Assembly (NCBI GenBank): GCA_013239625.1
Contig: MU054220.1
Span: 4,833,328 to 4,897,327 of the forward strand
Reading direction: 5' to 3'
Source: Lama guanicoe
Taxonomy: Eukaryota
Length of the DNA: 64,000 bases
This document shows, piece after piece, positions 23,848 through 37,217 of the stretch. A program made the translations under genes and the position numbers. Each line of letters begins with the position of its first letter. The stretch's first letter is position 1. Below the pieces are notes generated by a model. That model was given only the letters and a program-made list of their open reading frames with translations, did not search any database and had not been told where the DNA came from.

Positions 23848-24251
23848 CTGCAAGCATTTGCTCAGGCTGCCACAGCAAAGTACCACAGACTGGGTGCCTT
23901 AAACAACGGAAGTTTGTTGTCTCATGCTCTGAAGGCTAGAAGTCCAAAATCAAGGTGTCAGACCATCTGGTTCCTTCTGGGGGCTGTGAGGGAAGGGTCT
24001 GTCCTAGGGCCTGTCTCCTTGGCTTGTAAATGGCCATCATCTGCCTGTCTCTCTTCGTAGTGTCTGTGGCTGTGTCCAAATTTCCCCTTTTTATAAGGAC
24101 ATTAGTCCTGTTGGATTAGGGCCCACACTTATGACCTCACTTTTACTTGATTACATCTGTAAAGATTCTGTCCCCAAATAAGGTCACATTCTGAAGTGCT
24201 GGGGATGAGGACTCCAACGAATCTTTTTTAGGACACAATTAACCTATCACA
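23848..24251 (-). mobile_element. MLT1 (B/C-like) MaLR solo LTR
   Basis: caaagtaccacagactgggtgccttaaacaac...ccaaataaggtcacattctgaag. Confidence 0.85.
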
Positions 24252-24284
24252 GCTACCAAATGAAATTCAGGCAGAACTTGCTAA

Positions 24285-25900
24285 TTCATCTATCAAATAT
24301 GCACCAGGTGTTTACTCTACCAGGTATGCTGCTAAGTGTGGTTTTGGCCCCAAAGGTACACTTGGTCTTATGGTAGAATACTGACATGCAAAAAAAAAAA
24401 AAGAAAAAGAAAAAAAAAAGAATGACAAAGGAGTGGCCCAGGGGGAGAAGAAGTGGGAGGGAAATCCATCCATGGAGTGAGTGAATTGAATGCAGCATGT
24501 TTGTGTGGGTGGGAGGATGGCTTCAGGGTCAGTGGAGGGAGACGAGGTTAGAGAAGCCAGATCATGAAGGGCCTTGGGTCCTGGATAAGGAATGTGAACT
24601 GATCCTGAAAACTTGGTCCACATGTATGTGTGTAGCAGGGACATCATCCAGGGGGTTTAAGGAGGGAGTGACATGATTAGATTTGGCTTTGGTGTGGAGG
24701 ATGGATTGAGGAGGTTGTGAGGGGAGCCAGGGAGGCTAGAGAATGGGCAGAACAGAAATGTGAGAGTGAGAGAGAAAGAGAGAGGGGAGAAGGCTGGACT
24801 CAGCCGGTAGGGATGGAGGGGGGAGAACCCTTCCCGCAGAGGACTCAGGGTAGAACTGAAGTCTGTTAGTGACAGTTTAGTTGTGGGCAACTTAGGATGG
24901 TCCCCAGATACCTGGTTTGAGTGTCTGAGTGGGCAGTGGTGCTGTTTACAAGATGAGGACTTCAGGAGGAAGAGTGGATATTGGGGGAAGATTAGTTCTG
25001 TTTTGGACATGTTGAGATTGAGATGTCTGTGGGACAGTTAGGTGGAAACATGGAGTAGAAAGTTATTGTATCTACAGTCTGGAAGTCAGGGAAGAGTTCT
25101 GGGTTTGAGATACTCATCTGGGAGCTGTCAGTAGTTGAAGTTATGGACTTGGATGAACCTTTAGAGTGGAAAAAACATAGGGCTCAGGGACAAAATCTTG
25201 AGGAAAAGGTTATTCCACATGTGAGTTGAGGAGCCTCCAAAGGAGGTAGAGAAATGTCAATCAGATGGTCCTGGAGAAAGGTCCAGTGAATGTCACGTCA
25301 CAGAGGAGAGAGTTAACACCATCAGATGCTGCTCAGAGATCAGGTAAGAAAAAGGATGAAAGGGATCTTTGGATTGGCTGTCTGGTGGCCATTGGCTACT
25401 TTAGTGGGTCAGTTTTAGTGGAGTGAGTGCAGCAAAGGTTAAGTTGCATGGATGGAGGAAAGAACGAAAGGGGAGGAAGTGGAGATGAATAATGTGGATG
25501 ATTCTCTTAGAAAGCTTGGTGGTGAAGGGAAGGAGGAAAACAGACTGTAGCTAGAGGGGGACTGAGGATTTGGAGTTGGGGTTTTTTTCCCATGAGAAAG
25601 ATTTTTATGGTGTTTCTATAATGAATGAGCAGAGTAGCAAGAGAGAGATGTCAAATATACATCGAGGAAAGGGAAGACTTCTGCAGATGAAAAGGATATG
25701 ATGCAGAGCAAAGATGGTTGAGTTATCCTAGTAGGAAAGATATAGTGGAGGTGGTGGGGGTCCAGAAACCTTCGATGGTTAGGCAGGAATTTGAGAAGTT
25801 CTTCCATAATGTTGTCTATTTTTTTCCCCTATAATGTAAAAGGTGATTCATCTCTGGGGAGTGAGATGGGAGGTGGTTGGATAGTAGGGATGATGAAAGG
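24285..25900 (-). mobile_element. LINE-2 fragments
   Basis: ttctgttttggacatgttgagattgagatgtctgtgggaca and related L2 antisense motifs. Confidence 0.7.
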
Positions 25901-26899
25901 AAGAAAAACTTGAAAAGGGGGTGTATTAGTCAGCATTTAGTTGCACCTAACACAATCCAGTGTAGCTATTTTAAGAAGAAAAGGATTTAATGCAGTGAAT
26001 CAGGTGCTTACAAAATCACTGGAAAGGCTGGAAGTCTGAACTCTAAACTGAAACTCCAGGAAGGAATCCAGGACATCCCATCACTGACCTGCCAGGGAAT
26101 TTGCCACCTCTGGCACAGTCGAGAAACTGGGGAGTCTGGAAGCCATTGCCACAAATGTTGAGTCTTGGACCACTCCCTTTAGCTGTCATGCAGGAATCGG
26201 GAAGGGGGGACAGCAATCTTGGATACAAGGCCAAGGTTCCAAATTCAAGTCTCATCGACTGTTTCTCGTGGGCAGAACCTAAGTCACAGTGTAAACTCTA
26301 GCTGCAAAGGAACCTGAGAGGTTTTTGGTTTTTCATTCTCTGCAGTATGGGAATGCACACCTTTATCCCCACACTTAAATTCTAATAAAACAACAAAAGC
26401 AACAGCGACATGCTCCTACCTAATATAACAATCCCTTCGTACAAACCATCATCCATCCACCCATTCGTTTATCTTTTTATATTATTTGAAATCAGATGTA
26501 TGCCTAATATACAATTAAAGGATTTGACAAAGATAATGAATAACAGTAGAATTTCATCCTTGAATAATGTAAATAATTGCCAGGATTCTCCATTTCAGTC
26601 TTGAATAGAGAAATCACCTAGTGTTATTAGCCTCCTCCATCTTTTTAATGCAGGGCAGCAGGGCACTGAAGTTGAAAATGTTCTTTCACTTGATTTCATT
26701 TGATTATCACATGTTGTGACCTGGGCATTCATAGGGGTTATTGCTTTCATTTTACAGCTGACATGAAAGTCACCACTGGTATAGTAGCGTGTATGTTAGA
26801 GTTATATTTAAGTTAATTGCAAAGGATTTTGGTGTCCAAATGTATTTACAGCCCATCAAAGAGAATAAGGTTATGCATTATATTCAATAATACATAATG

Positions 26900-27095
26900 T
26901 AGACAGAAAACAAGGTCCTACTGTACAGCACAGGGAACTATATTCAATATCTTGTAATAACCTATAATGAAAAAGAAGAATATATACGTATAACTGAAAC
27001 ATTATACTGTATACCAGAAATTAACACAACATTGTAAACTGACTACACTTAAAATTTTTTTAAGCCAATTATCCCAGCAACAACAACAAAAATTA
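26900..27095 (+). mobile_element. Short L1 3' UTR fragment
   Basis: caaggtcctactgtacagcacagggaactatattcaatatcttgtaataacctataatg. Confidence 0.85.
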
Positions 27096-27202
27096 ATACA
27101 CGATGAACCATACAGGTTATGGGTCAATTCAGTTCTACCGGACAATGTGCTAGTCTGTCTACGTGAGACTGGAAGCAATTACCTTAGCCTTGTTCATAAT
27201 CT

Positions 27203-27842
27203 CTTTTTTTCAACTTTATTGATGTATCAGTAACAAATACAAGTGGTGTGTATTTAAGGTATACACCTTGGTGTTTTGATATAAGTGTTCATTGTGACAT
27301 GGTCACCACAATCATCTAACACATCCATCACTTCATGTAGTTGCCATTTTCTTTCTTTCTTCCTTTTCTCCTTCCTTCTTTTCATTTGTGAGGGTATTAA
27401 GATTTACCCTCTTAGCAAATTTCAAGTAAACAGCACAGTATTATTAACAGCAGTCACCATGCTGTACGTGAGATATCCAGACTTTATGCATCCTGCATGA
27501 CTGAAACTTTGTACCCTTTGACCAGCCTATGCTCATGTCCACCCCACACCCACCCCACACCCACCCTACACCCACCCCAGCAACTGCCATTCCACTCTCT
27601 GCTTGTATGAGTTTTGACTATTTTAGATTCCACATGTAAGTGAGATTATACAGTATTTGTCTTTCTATGTCTGGCTTACTTCACCGTAATGCCCTCAAGA
27701 TTCATCCGTGTTGTCACAAATGGCAAGATTCCTTCTTTTTTATGGCTGAGTAATAATCCATTGTGTGTATCACATTCTATTTATTCATTCATTCATTGTC
27801 AGGCACTTAGGTTGTCCCCATATCTTAGCTATTGTGAGTGAC
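27203..27842 (-). mobile_element. L1MA/MB-like 3' end
   Basis: ttttagattccacatgtaagtgagattatacagtatttgtctttctatgtctggctta. Confidence 0.85.
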
Positions 27843-27845
27843 ATA

Positions 27846-27940
27846 CATTCATCTTCCTTCCTCTCTTCCTTCCTCCCTTTCTTCCATCCATCGTTCCATC
27901 CATCCATTCCTTCTATCCATCCATCCATCCACCCACCCAC
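27846..27940. repeat. (CTTC)n/(CCAT)n simple repeat
   Basis: Direct reading. Confidence 0.85.
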
Positions 27941-28114
27941 AGTGGGCATCAGAAGCTGTGTTGATATGGAACAGTGAGCAGACCAGATGTAGAACAGCAG
28001 CTGCAGCTGAGAGCACAGTACAGCTGCTTTTACACAATCTGCCGTCATTCTCCATTTCCAAGATGCACCTGCTCAAGCCAAACAGCTAACCTAAATGAGG
28101 ATGTGATGGGGATC

Positions 28115-28333
28115 ACCTCTAGTCTGCTGGTAAACTGGCTCTCAGAAAGGATAAAAAGCTCTGATTTGTAGTGTCTGCCAACTTCCATGGTTTAAATATA
28201 GTCTCATCATGGCCGATTTCAAGGTAAAGCCAAAAACTGTTTCGAGGTCATGTCAACAATCTCATAGTAATTCTTATGAATAAACGATAACACTTCTCAT
28301 GGGGCTGTGCGAGCTGGTTCCAGAACACCACTG
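28115..28333. mobile_element. hAT-Blackjack DNA transposon fossil (MER63-like)
   Basis: ctgatttgtagtgtctgccaacttccatgg...gcgagctggttccagaacaccactg terminal motif. Confidence 0.65.
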
Positions 28334-30090
28334 CATCACCAGCCTTGCATTTTTCAAGTCTCCTGTGGTGGTACTAGTCTCTGTGATTCTCCTAGAAATG
28401 TGGCATTGGGTTTGACTTACTATTTTGTTAGGGACAGGCTCACCAGGAGTTTTCACTTGGTTCTTCCATCATGATGGCTCTTAATCCATAGATCAGGCAG
28501 AATCCATAGGAGATTCTGCCTATTGCTGAGTATATATATATTCCAACTATACATTCATAACCTGAAGAAACAACCACAGGGTGGATATGAGTCTGTTGGG
28601 CCCACCATGAAATAGTTTGGGCCCAAACACCATTTGTTTCCTGAGCTCCATCAATTCCCACTCAACCCATGACCCAGGATTAGTATTACACCCTGAGAAG
28701 TCTGCTCTTTCTGTTTTCCCAGTGCACGCTCAATCTACTAAATGACCACAATTCCCCTTGGGGGGAAAACTGGGAGGAAGAAGCACAATATAAATTTGTA
28801 GTATCACGCGGTACAGAGTACAGAATTTTTCTAGTCACCTGACTTAGGTCTGTGAATTTAGTGAAAACTTATGATCTTTCGATGCCCTGAGACTGTCTGT
28901 TCGATCTCTAGAGCTCTAGTTTTTAAAAAACTACAGATCAAATAGGACATTGATGCAATGCTACATGTATTTTAGCCCCTGGTGTCCATGATCAATTAGC
29001 CACCACTACAGATCCTTGTGTGTCTGACCATCACTCTGGCCCTGCTGCGTTCTTTGTCCATCTTGCTTATGGTCACTAAGTGTCACTACAGAGCCAGTGC
29101 TGGGATCTCATTATCCCCATTAAAACCCAGGAACACATTTCATGGCAGTGTCTTCCATCATCACCCCCAGCACTTAGAGGACTGCCAACTCGAGCACTTT
29201 TAAAGGAAGCTGGTGCTCTCTGCATCAGTGTATTTCTTGATGTCTTGGTGAAGGGAGAGTCCTCTGGTCCCTCTCAGGGGATATACCAGTGGTCCCCGAC
29301 TTATGATGGTTCGAGCTTAACAATTTCTCATCGTTATGATGCTGCAAAAGCAATCCGCATTCAGTAGAAAGTGTACTTGGAATTTTGAATTTTGATCCTT
29401 CCCCAGGCTAGCCATACATGTGTGACACCTGCATGTGATCCTGGGCTTCAGCTCCCCGTCAGCCACATGACCACGAGGGTGTGCAATCGATACACTTACA
29501 GCCATTCTGCACCCACACAATCACGCTGTTTTTCACTTTCAGTACAGTATTCAATAAATTACATGAGATATTCACCACTTTATTATAAAACAGGCTTTGT
29601 GTTAAATGATTCTGCCCAAGACTAGGCTAATGTAAGCATTCTGAGCATGTTTAAGGTATGCTAAGCTTGACTATGATGTTTGCTAGGTCAGCTGAATTAA
29701 AAGCATTTTCAACGTAAGCTATTTTCAACTTGCGGTGGGTTTACGCAACCCCCATCATAAGTCGAGGAGAGTCTGTAGTTAAAGCATGGATAGAACAGTC
29801 ACATGTGATACGTCCACTTTAACATACCCAGTTCCCGAAGTCTTTGGATTCCTCCCATATTATATACCCAGGCACTTTTTGGCATGTCAGTGTCATTTGA
29901 CTATCACCAGGTCCAGGCTTCAGTTTACCAACAGAAGGAATGATAACGCTTGAGCTGGTAAAGCAGCTTCAGAACCTCTGGTAAGCACGTCCACAGTGAA
30001 AAATTCAGCTGGATTTAAAACTGAATTCTCTTCTTTCTACTCTAGCATGGTTTGAACCTTCTCCTATGAAAATTCCCCCAGTTTTCGTTG
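28334..30090 (-). mobile_element. ERV-L internal (gag-pro/pol) fossil, interrupted by a Tigger element
   Basis: Minus-strand peptides HPVVVSSGYECIVGI, GLRAIMM, KIVSQTQCHISRRITETSTTTGDLKNARLV, WLIDHG, EGPEDSPFTK match ERV-L gag/pol motifs. Confidence 0.8.
29286..29775 (-). mobile_element. Tigger5/MER47-family DNA transposon
   Basis: Terminal inverted repeats ggtccccgacttatgatgg / ccatcataagtcgaggag, TA flanks. Confidence 0.85.
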
Positions 30091-31859
30091 ATATATAAAT
30101 TTGCACATTTTGGCATCAAAGCATCTGCGAGGCACACACCTTTATCATTGGCTCCCTGGGCACGTGGAGATTGTCTTCAGCCATGGATCTGGGGTACACG
30201 GGAGGCTGCGGGGTGGGGGACAGTCACAGAACCATCAAGCAAGGCAAGACCAGCCTCCTTAGGCAGGACAGCAGTGGGTGTTTTCTACTGGTGAGAGAAG
30301 TCTGGTGGAGCTACGGGGTCCAGGGTCTTCAGATTTAACTGGGTTCTCCTAAATATCACTGTTCTAATTTTGGGGGTCTCTGGTCTTTCCTAATCATTGC
30401 CCTAACTTTTACATAAGAAATCTGGTGGGCTGTGAATCCAATCCATTTTGTAAATCATCGACCTCCAGGATAAAAACCTATGGGTGACTTTTGGCTACAT
30501 GAACTCTCTAGCTGTGAGAGAGAAAATATTATTTTAGGGCATTCATGAGATGCTTGCTGTCTTAGGACAGTTCTAGGAAGTCCTTGGTTCTCTGACTGAA
30601 TATTGAGCCATGAATTTAAAGCCTTGGGCTGGCTATTTCTCTAAACTCTCTTGGATGGTTAGAAGCAGCCAGCTGACCTCATAGTCTGTATATTTCTCCC
30701 AACAGTTCCTGCTGTTTGTTCTGCCAAAGCCATATCTTTAAAAATTCACTGTATTGCACATGACCATAGATGGTGAATTAGGACAGGAACAGCTCTATGA
30801 AGATGGAATGAGGACGGATCCCTAGCATGACATTTGGTGGCAGAGGAAATAGCAGCGTTAGGACATGCATGACTCGTGGAGGACTTTAGGATAGAGATAT
30901 TCGTAGGCTAGCAACACCGCCTGATGCAATGGGAAGATGCAAAGAATGTGGCATGTATCTGAAGGGGCGAGTTCTCAGAGGCGGACTAATTTTGAATGGG
31001 AAGAAAAGCTCAAGTGAAGGAGCTGATCCTGGTGGATGGTCTGGGGATGGAAGGAAAATATTACGAAATCAAAGAGCAAGTTCAGATGGGGTGGATGGGT
31101 GATGGAAATGAAAGGCTAGGTCATTATACAGGAGAGGGATGTCTACAGCCTAAGACTCTGGGGCGGAGCAGTTGTGAAGGATGACAAGGTCCGGATGCAG
31201 CCTTACGTCTGGCTGGCTCAAGGGCAGCGTGGACGAAGCATCGATTCAAGCTGAGGCAGTGCAAGCTGATGAGTCCTCAGCCTGGCTGTGGAGACCTGTG
31301 AAGGTGAGATCAGGCGAAGTGTGGGGATGGGCCCCGTGAACGAGCCAGGTGTGCACGCTGGGGGAAGGTCGGGGTTGGAGGGAATCCTGCAGGCTGGTAC
31401 ATGACACAAGAAGAGAGGTGATGGTGACGTTATAAGTGGATGACCTGGTTTTATAAGGAGGACATGCTGGCAGAGGGGCCTGGAAGTAGCTCTAGGAAGC
31501 TCGGGATACCCCAATCCTTCTAACCTTCTGCCCTGGGGCAAAGGGTGGCCTCTGTTAGTGAGCTTTGTGAGCAAGTGACCTCACCAAACACTTGACACTT
31601 ACGCCACTGCCAGGCACGTAGTCAGCACTCAGCAAATGTTGGTTCTGATTATTGTTAAAGTAAAGGACCAGGAGAAGAAACAGAAGATGGGCTGACAGGG
31701 CAGGTAGAGAGAGGGGTTAGATCTGAGAGTAATAAGGGGGACAGGAAGGAATAGCCCTGACAGAGGTATTTTCCATCACAGAGTTGATGAAGGCTTGCTC
31801 CTCCCCCTCCCGCTCCTGCTCTCCCTCCCCCACCTTCTTCTTTCTCTCTCTCTCTCCAG

Positions 31860-32100
31860 AACAGCTTTATCAAGATATAATCCATATACCATACCATTCA
31901 CCCGTTTAAATTGCACACTTCAGTGGTTTTTAGTATATTCACATAGGTGTGCAACTATCACTACAATCAATTATAGGACATTTTAATCACTAAAAAAGAA
32001 AACCCATATCCTTTAACTGTCACACCCATCACTTCCGGCTCTAGGAAACCACGAATCTACTTTCCATCTCTAGTCTGGACATTCATATAAATAGATCAGA
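31860..32100 (-). mobile_element. L1MB-like 3' fragment
   Basis: acagctttatcaagatataatccatataccataccattcacccgtttaaa. Confidence 0.75.
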
Positions 32101-32753
32101 ATGCATGAGTAGCAAATTCTCTTCTTAAATTCCTTTTTGTTTTAAGTGCAAAGGAATGAAGCACTAACAGTGGACTCTCAGGTACTAGCAACAGGTGCGT
32201 GTGTGTGTTTTAGGGAGGAGGTAGGATATGGGGACTCAGATCCTCCTTCCTATGTGCATAATGCTAACCCGCTTCTTTTTCCTCTCATAATGTGCTTGGA
32301 AGGGAAAATGCCAAAAGCCAGCCAGCTACAGAATCCAGAAGGCCAGTGAATCACTTCAGCGGCTGAGGCCCTGCAGAGCATTGCACAGCAGAAGGGCTGG
32401 GGGGATCTCTGCCCTTGGGGCTCCCCTCATGAGGGAGACACCAGCTGACTCTATGGAGGCAGCAGAGGGACCAGGCCCATCAGGGCTGATCTGGAGGTAC
32501 AGGTGGTGGAGGGAGGCGGATGCCATCGTGGAGCCCACAGCATCGCCCAGAGGGTGGCACAGGGAGGTCGCCCAGAGCCCCACCTGTTTCTTAGTCCAGG
32601 CAGCCCCTCCATGGGGACATAGTAACCCGTGCACGGAGGGGCAGGACTGACTGGTGTTTGTCAACATGTGGACATAGATCCATGGCTCCTTAGATGATAG
32701 TAGATGGTTCACTGTCTGCTGGCCCTGAAATTAACATTAAATCACCCAATAAG

Positions 32754-32857
32754 TATGCATAGCATGCACAAGGTCCTGGGTTCAATCCCCAGTACTTCCA
32801 TCAAAATAAGTAAATAAACTACTTCTCCCTCAAAAAATAAAATTAAAACAAACAAAA
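32754..32857 (+). mobile_element. 5'-truncated tRNA-derived SINE (camelid-type)
   Basis: agcatgcacaaggtcctgggttcaatccccagtac plus A-rich tail; TSD aaatcaccca(a/c)taag at 32739-32753 and 32858-32872. Confidence 0.85.
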
Positions 32858-34463
32858 AAATCACCCACTAAGAAGTTTCCTCCCCTTTTTACTTCTTTCA
32901 AGCCTTTCAAGTCAAAGAGAAGGAACTGATTTGGTGCTTGTGTTTCCAACACCTCACTGACAGTGGTCAGTTTCCCTCTTAAATAAAGAGAGCGGGTCTC
33001 AGAATCAGGGTCCACGGCAGCAACTGCCTCTCCCTAGAATTTAATAACATTGTTTTCTTTACAACGAATCACTTTTCCTGTGGTCTTCCACATCTGGTAG
33101 TAGTAATATAACGCTTCCATCTTACGTGATCTTTTTAGAGCTTAACAAGTGAGTTAGTTTAAAGAAAAATATTCGTGAAATCATGATGAGTAGTATGTAG
33201 ATATGGCAGGACTGGTGCACAGGAAATGACCAAAGCATAAAAACTGACCTAGAAGAATTTTATCATCTGTTTCAGTGCAGAGGGTCTGTGACTCAGTGCC
33301 TCAGGAGGTGAGATGCCACTGAGGTCAGCCTGGCTTCGCTGACTCTAGCTCTTGTCTCAGTGGTTGTAATCGGTAGTCGGCTTGTCCACCCCTCTCACGG
33401 ACTTGGAACCAGATATGTTTTGTTTTCCTGAGTCTGCTGTGCCCAGCACAGTGCCTGGCACACAGAAGTCCTTGGTACTTATTTACTGAATGAATATACA
33501 AGGGAATAAATAAATGAGTAAATGAACAGTTGCCCTTAACACTGAATAGTGTTATGTCCATGAATATGTCCATCCATCCATCCATCCTGTACTTAGTATG
33601 CAGCTACTATGTCCAAGACACCCTGCCCTTAAGGTCCTTGTAATGGCTTTATTTTTAGGCAATAACTGATCTACTTGTGTGCACAGAGTAGTCAAGATAC
33701 CGCTGATGGTGGGGAGGGTGTAATCTCTCCTTGATTTTAAAGCAGCGACATTGGAACCAGCAAGACCTGAGATTAAATCCTGCCTCTGACACTTAATATT
33801 TTGGGCACTTTGGGCCATTTACCTCTTGGAGTAAGAGTTCTCCTTCTGTAAAGTGGTTTTAATAATACTGAAGTAGTCCTGAGTCGGCCCCAGTGAATGT
33901 TGTCGAATGAACGAGCTGGAGTGAGTGAAGGAGCGAATGATCAAGGGACTGTGGCCCCAGCGCAGGCCAGGTGGCCGGGCACAGACCAGCTCCTCTTCCA
34001 GGGCCCAGGCCCTGCCTGCTGGCGGACGTTCAGGACGGGTGGGAGAAAGCCTAAGCTCCGAGCTGTGCTTAACCGAGCAAACATGGAGCAAACCGGGCGG
34101 AAAGCAGAGAGCTGGCGAAATCCCCTCCCGCAGGGGACCCGGAGGCCTGTGGCTGGCCCAGCAGCAGGGGCCCTTGGCAGGTGACCCGAGGGACAGACAA
34201 ACTGCTCCCAGACTGCTGAGTATCTGACTGCCCCAGCCCCTCCCCCCCCCAGGGATGTGGGCAATGTGATGTTGGCATGGTGACCAGTCAGCCTGTCTCC
34301 CCCTCCTCTGCATCTCGATGTGACAAAGAGGCCCGGAGGAATAGAATGGGGCCCTGCGGGCTCCACTGGCTCAAGAACGGTAGGGAGAGCTGGGTCTAGG
34401 AACTGGGAGGGGGGGGCGCCTGCCTGCTACACTCCCCACTCCAGTGGCAGGAACAATGGATCT

Positions 34464-34477
34464 GTTGCCCTGGCAAC
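34464..34477. promoter_or_regulatory. RFX X-box GTTGCCCTGGCAAC
   Basis: 13/14 match to palindrome GTTGCCATGGCAAC; adjacent SOX motif AACAAT (34452-34457). Confidence 0.6.
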
Positions 34478-37217
34478 CAGGGGAGGCCTCTCCCTGGGCC
34501 TCCGGGCTGAGTCTGGGAGGAGGTGTCCTAAGAAAGGGAGGTAGGGAACAGGGTGGGTTCTTCAGAGCTGCTGGTTCCCCATGGAAGGGTGGCAGGGGCT
34601 TCTTTCCAGAGATGATCAGAGTCTCTGTGCACCCATTCTGCAGAGCCTGAGAGAGAGACAGGTGAGAGCCGTTCCCACCACGCCAAGGGAGACTGGGCAG
34701 TCGTCGTTTCACTGCAGTATCTCCTGGAGACCTTCCCCTAATGCCCACCTCCCCTCCTCTAGGCCTCCCGAGGGCTGGGTTAGGGCACAGCCTGTGGGAG
34801 CAGGACAGAGGGGTTAATGGCTCAAGAAACCCTCTGACCTTGGGGCTGTCCTGCAAACTCTAAGATGTGGGTGAAGCTGGGCCACATTCCCCAAACCTGA
34901 GGATAGACCCTTGCCCTGAGACACCCCGGGGTTTTGTAAAGATCTCAGCTTCTGGAGCAAGATAGTCCAGCTTTCAGATCTGGGCCCCATCACTTCACTG
35001 GCTGCATGCCCCAGAAGAAGTGATCTCATTTGAGTCTCAAGTTTCCCCAGCTGTAAAGCAGGACAGGTACTGGCCACATCGTGGGTGTACAGAACAGAGG
35101 AGCCGGCCCCTGTGCTCGGGGGATTAGCTTCCTTCCCTTCCCTCCCTGGCCACTTGTTTCTCCCTCCAGGCACCTGTGGCTCAGAACCCTGGAGGTATCA
35201 CCGGCTCTACACAAACTGTGGAGAAACTCTATAGACACAAAGCCACCCCATTTCTCCCTGGAAGGCTCCGCTATTCTTGTTAGCCCCTGAGGAGCACTGT
35301 CCACGAAGGGGATCCCCCGCAGGATGCACTCCCCATGGTGGTGACCAGGGTAGTGTTTGAGAAGGGTTGGTTATGCGTGTCCCTTGCTTGTCTGAATTTT
35401 CTCATTTTCCCCTTTGAACTTGGGTTACTTTTGCCCTAAAGAAAAAGTTAAGATGAAGCACACCTTATAAAGGTCTGAGAGCTCAGAGGCGTCAGGGGCT
35501 GCTGTGCCCAGTGCAGCCGCCCGGACACAGGCAGGTGGCTGGAGGAGAGTCTGTCACAGCTGGCGGCCACCTGCACCCCATGCGCTGTCCCTTTCTGCAG
35601 TCAGCACCCTGCGCGACCCAGAGCCTGCATGGGTGTTGGGGGATGAAGATGGGAGTCACGCTCCCAGCCAGATGCCTTGTCCTTTCAGAACAAATGGCTC
35701 CCTCTTGTGGCCACAAGGCTTCATAGCAGCCGTTTCCCACCCCTGTGCCCTTGGCTGCAGCTCCCAGCACCCTAACAGAGGTCTGCCTGAAGGGAGGGCC
35801 ACCAAGAACAGTGGATCTGGTCTGGCCTGGCCTGGTCCTTCTGTGACCAAAATAAAGATCATTCCTGGCCTGAACCCCCGAGCCTCAGTGGAGCAGCAAG
35901 ACTCCTGCTTCTTCCCAAGCAAGAACCTAGTGGAGGTTGAAACAGCCATTCTAACCACACGCAGACTGCACTGCCCACCTGACAGGGGTGCTGAGGGCTT
36001 GTGCTGGCCGCAGGGATCTCGCCCACAGAGATGATCTCAGGGTGAGGGAGAGCATACCAGTAGCTTACACACGATTCCTGGAGAATCTGTTCTGTTATAG
36101 CCTGGGCTGGGCTCACTGAGCGGGGGTGTGGGCAGAAACTAGGAAACGAGAAAACCATACTTGCTCTCTGGTGCCTTCAGACTAGTTAGTGTGTTCATTC
36201 CAAACAGAAGCTCTTACCTGGGATCCTTGGATCTGCCTCAGGTGGGTCCATGGGCCACCCTGAAATTATATGCAAACTATGGGTTCATGAGCATTTTTCT
36301 GGAGAGAGGGTCCAGAGCTCTCATCAGATTCTCCAAAGGATTGCAAAGAATCAGAACCACAGCTAAAGTGAGATGAAAACTTTCTCCTCCAAACGTATAT
36401 GAGCCCCTTCAAAATAGTCACCCATGGAGGGGGTGGACATGTTCAGGTGATTCTGCCTTCACGTCCGTCTGGGGCTCCTTGGGACTGTCCTCGGGGATAG
36501 CTCTAAAACTGTGGGAAGAACGCAGGCTCCTTCCTTCCTGACCATGTTTCATTTTTCTGTCCCCGGAATGACCCAGCTGATCACCCACCTTAGTCACCAG
36601 CTCTGGATCCAAATGACTATCAGCTGTTTCCAAAAATTCCCTCCACCTTAACAAGACAAAGATTTGTCACCCTCAGGAGTATTCAGGTGAACATGACAGC
36701 ATTCCTGCAGGAGTTGCTGAAACAGAACTCAGAGTGGGAAAAGGGTACACAAGACTACAGTCTTCTGAGGTGGCCGCTTTGAATGATCTGCCAGTAAAAC
36801 ATCAGTCATATGACTCTAATGATGAATTGTAAGCACAGCGGATTGACAAGCAGTACCCAGAAAACGAGATAAAGGGTGACAAGACTGTGCAGAGGACGTC
36901 AGAGAAGGGAGAGGCCATGGTGGCCAGGAATGTGCCGTCATTCACTCAGCGTCCAAGGGGGATTTATGGACGTCCACTCTGGACCCTTGGGGAATAAGAC
37001 AGGTGCGCCCAGTGTAACAGAGGAGGCAGACACACAAAGAATCAGCTGCAGAACCATGTGGGATGTGTTGTAACAGAAGGATAACTGTTATAACTAGGGA
37101 AGTGGCACTAAGTTCACCTGAAAGTGATGCATTTGTCCTGGGGTGTGGAGTGGACAGAGCGCACAGAGCCAATGTTCTGTTTATCTGGCCCACTGAAGGC
37201 AAAACTTGGAAGAAGGC

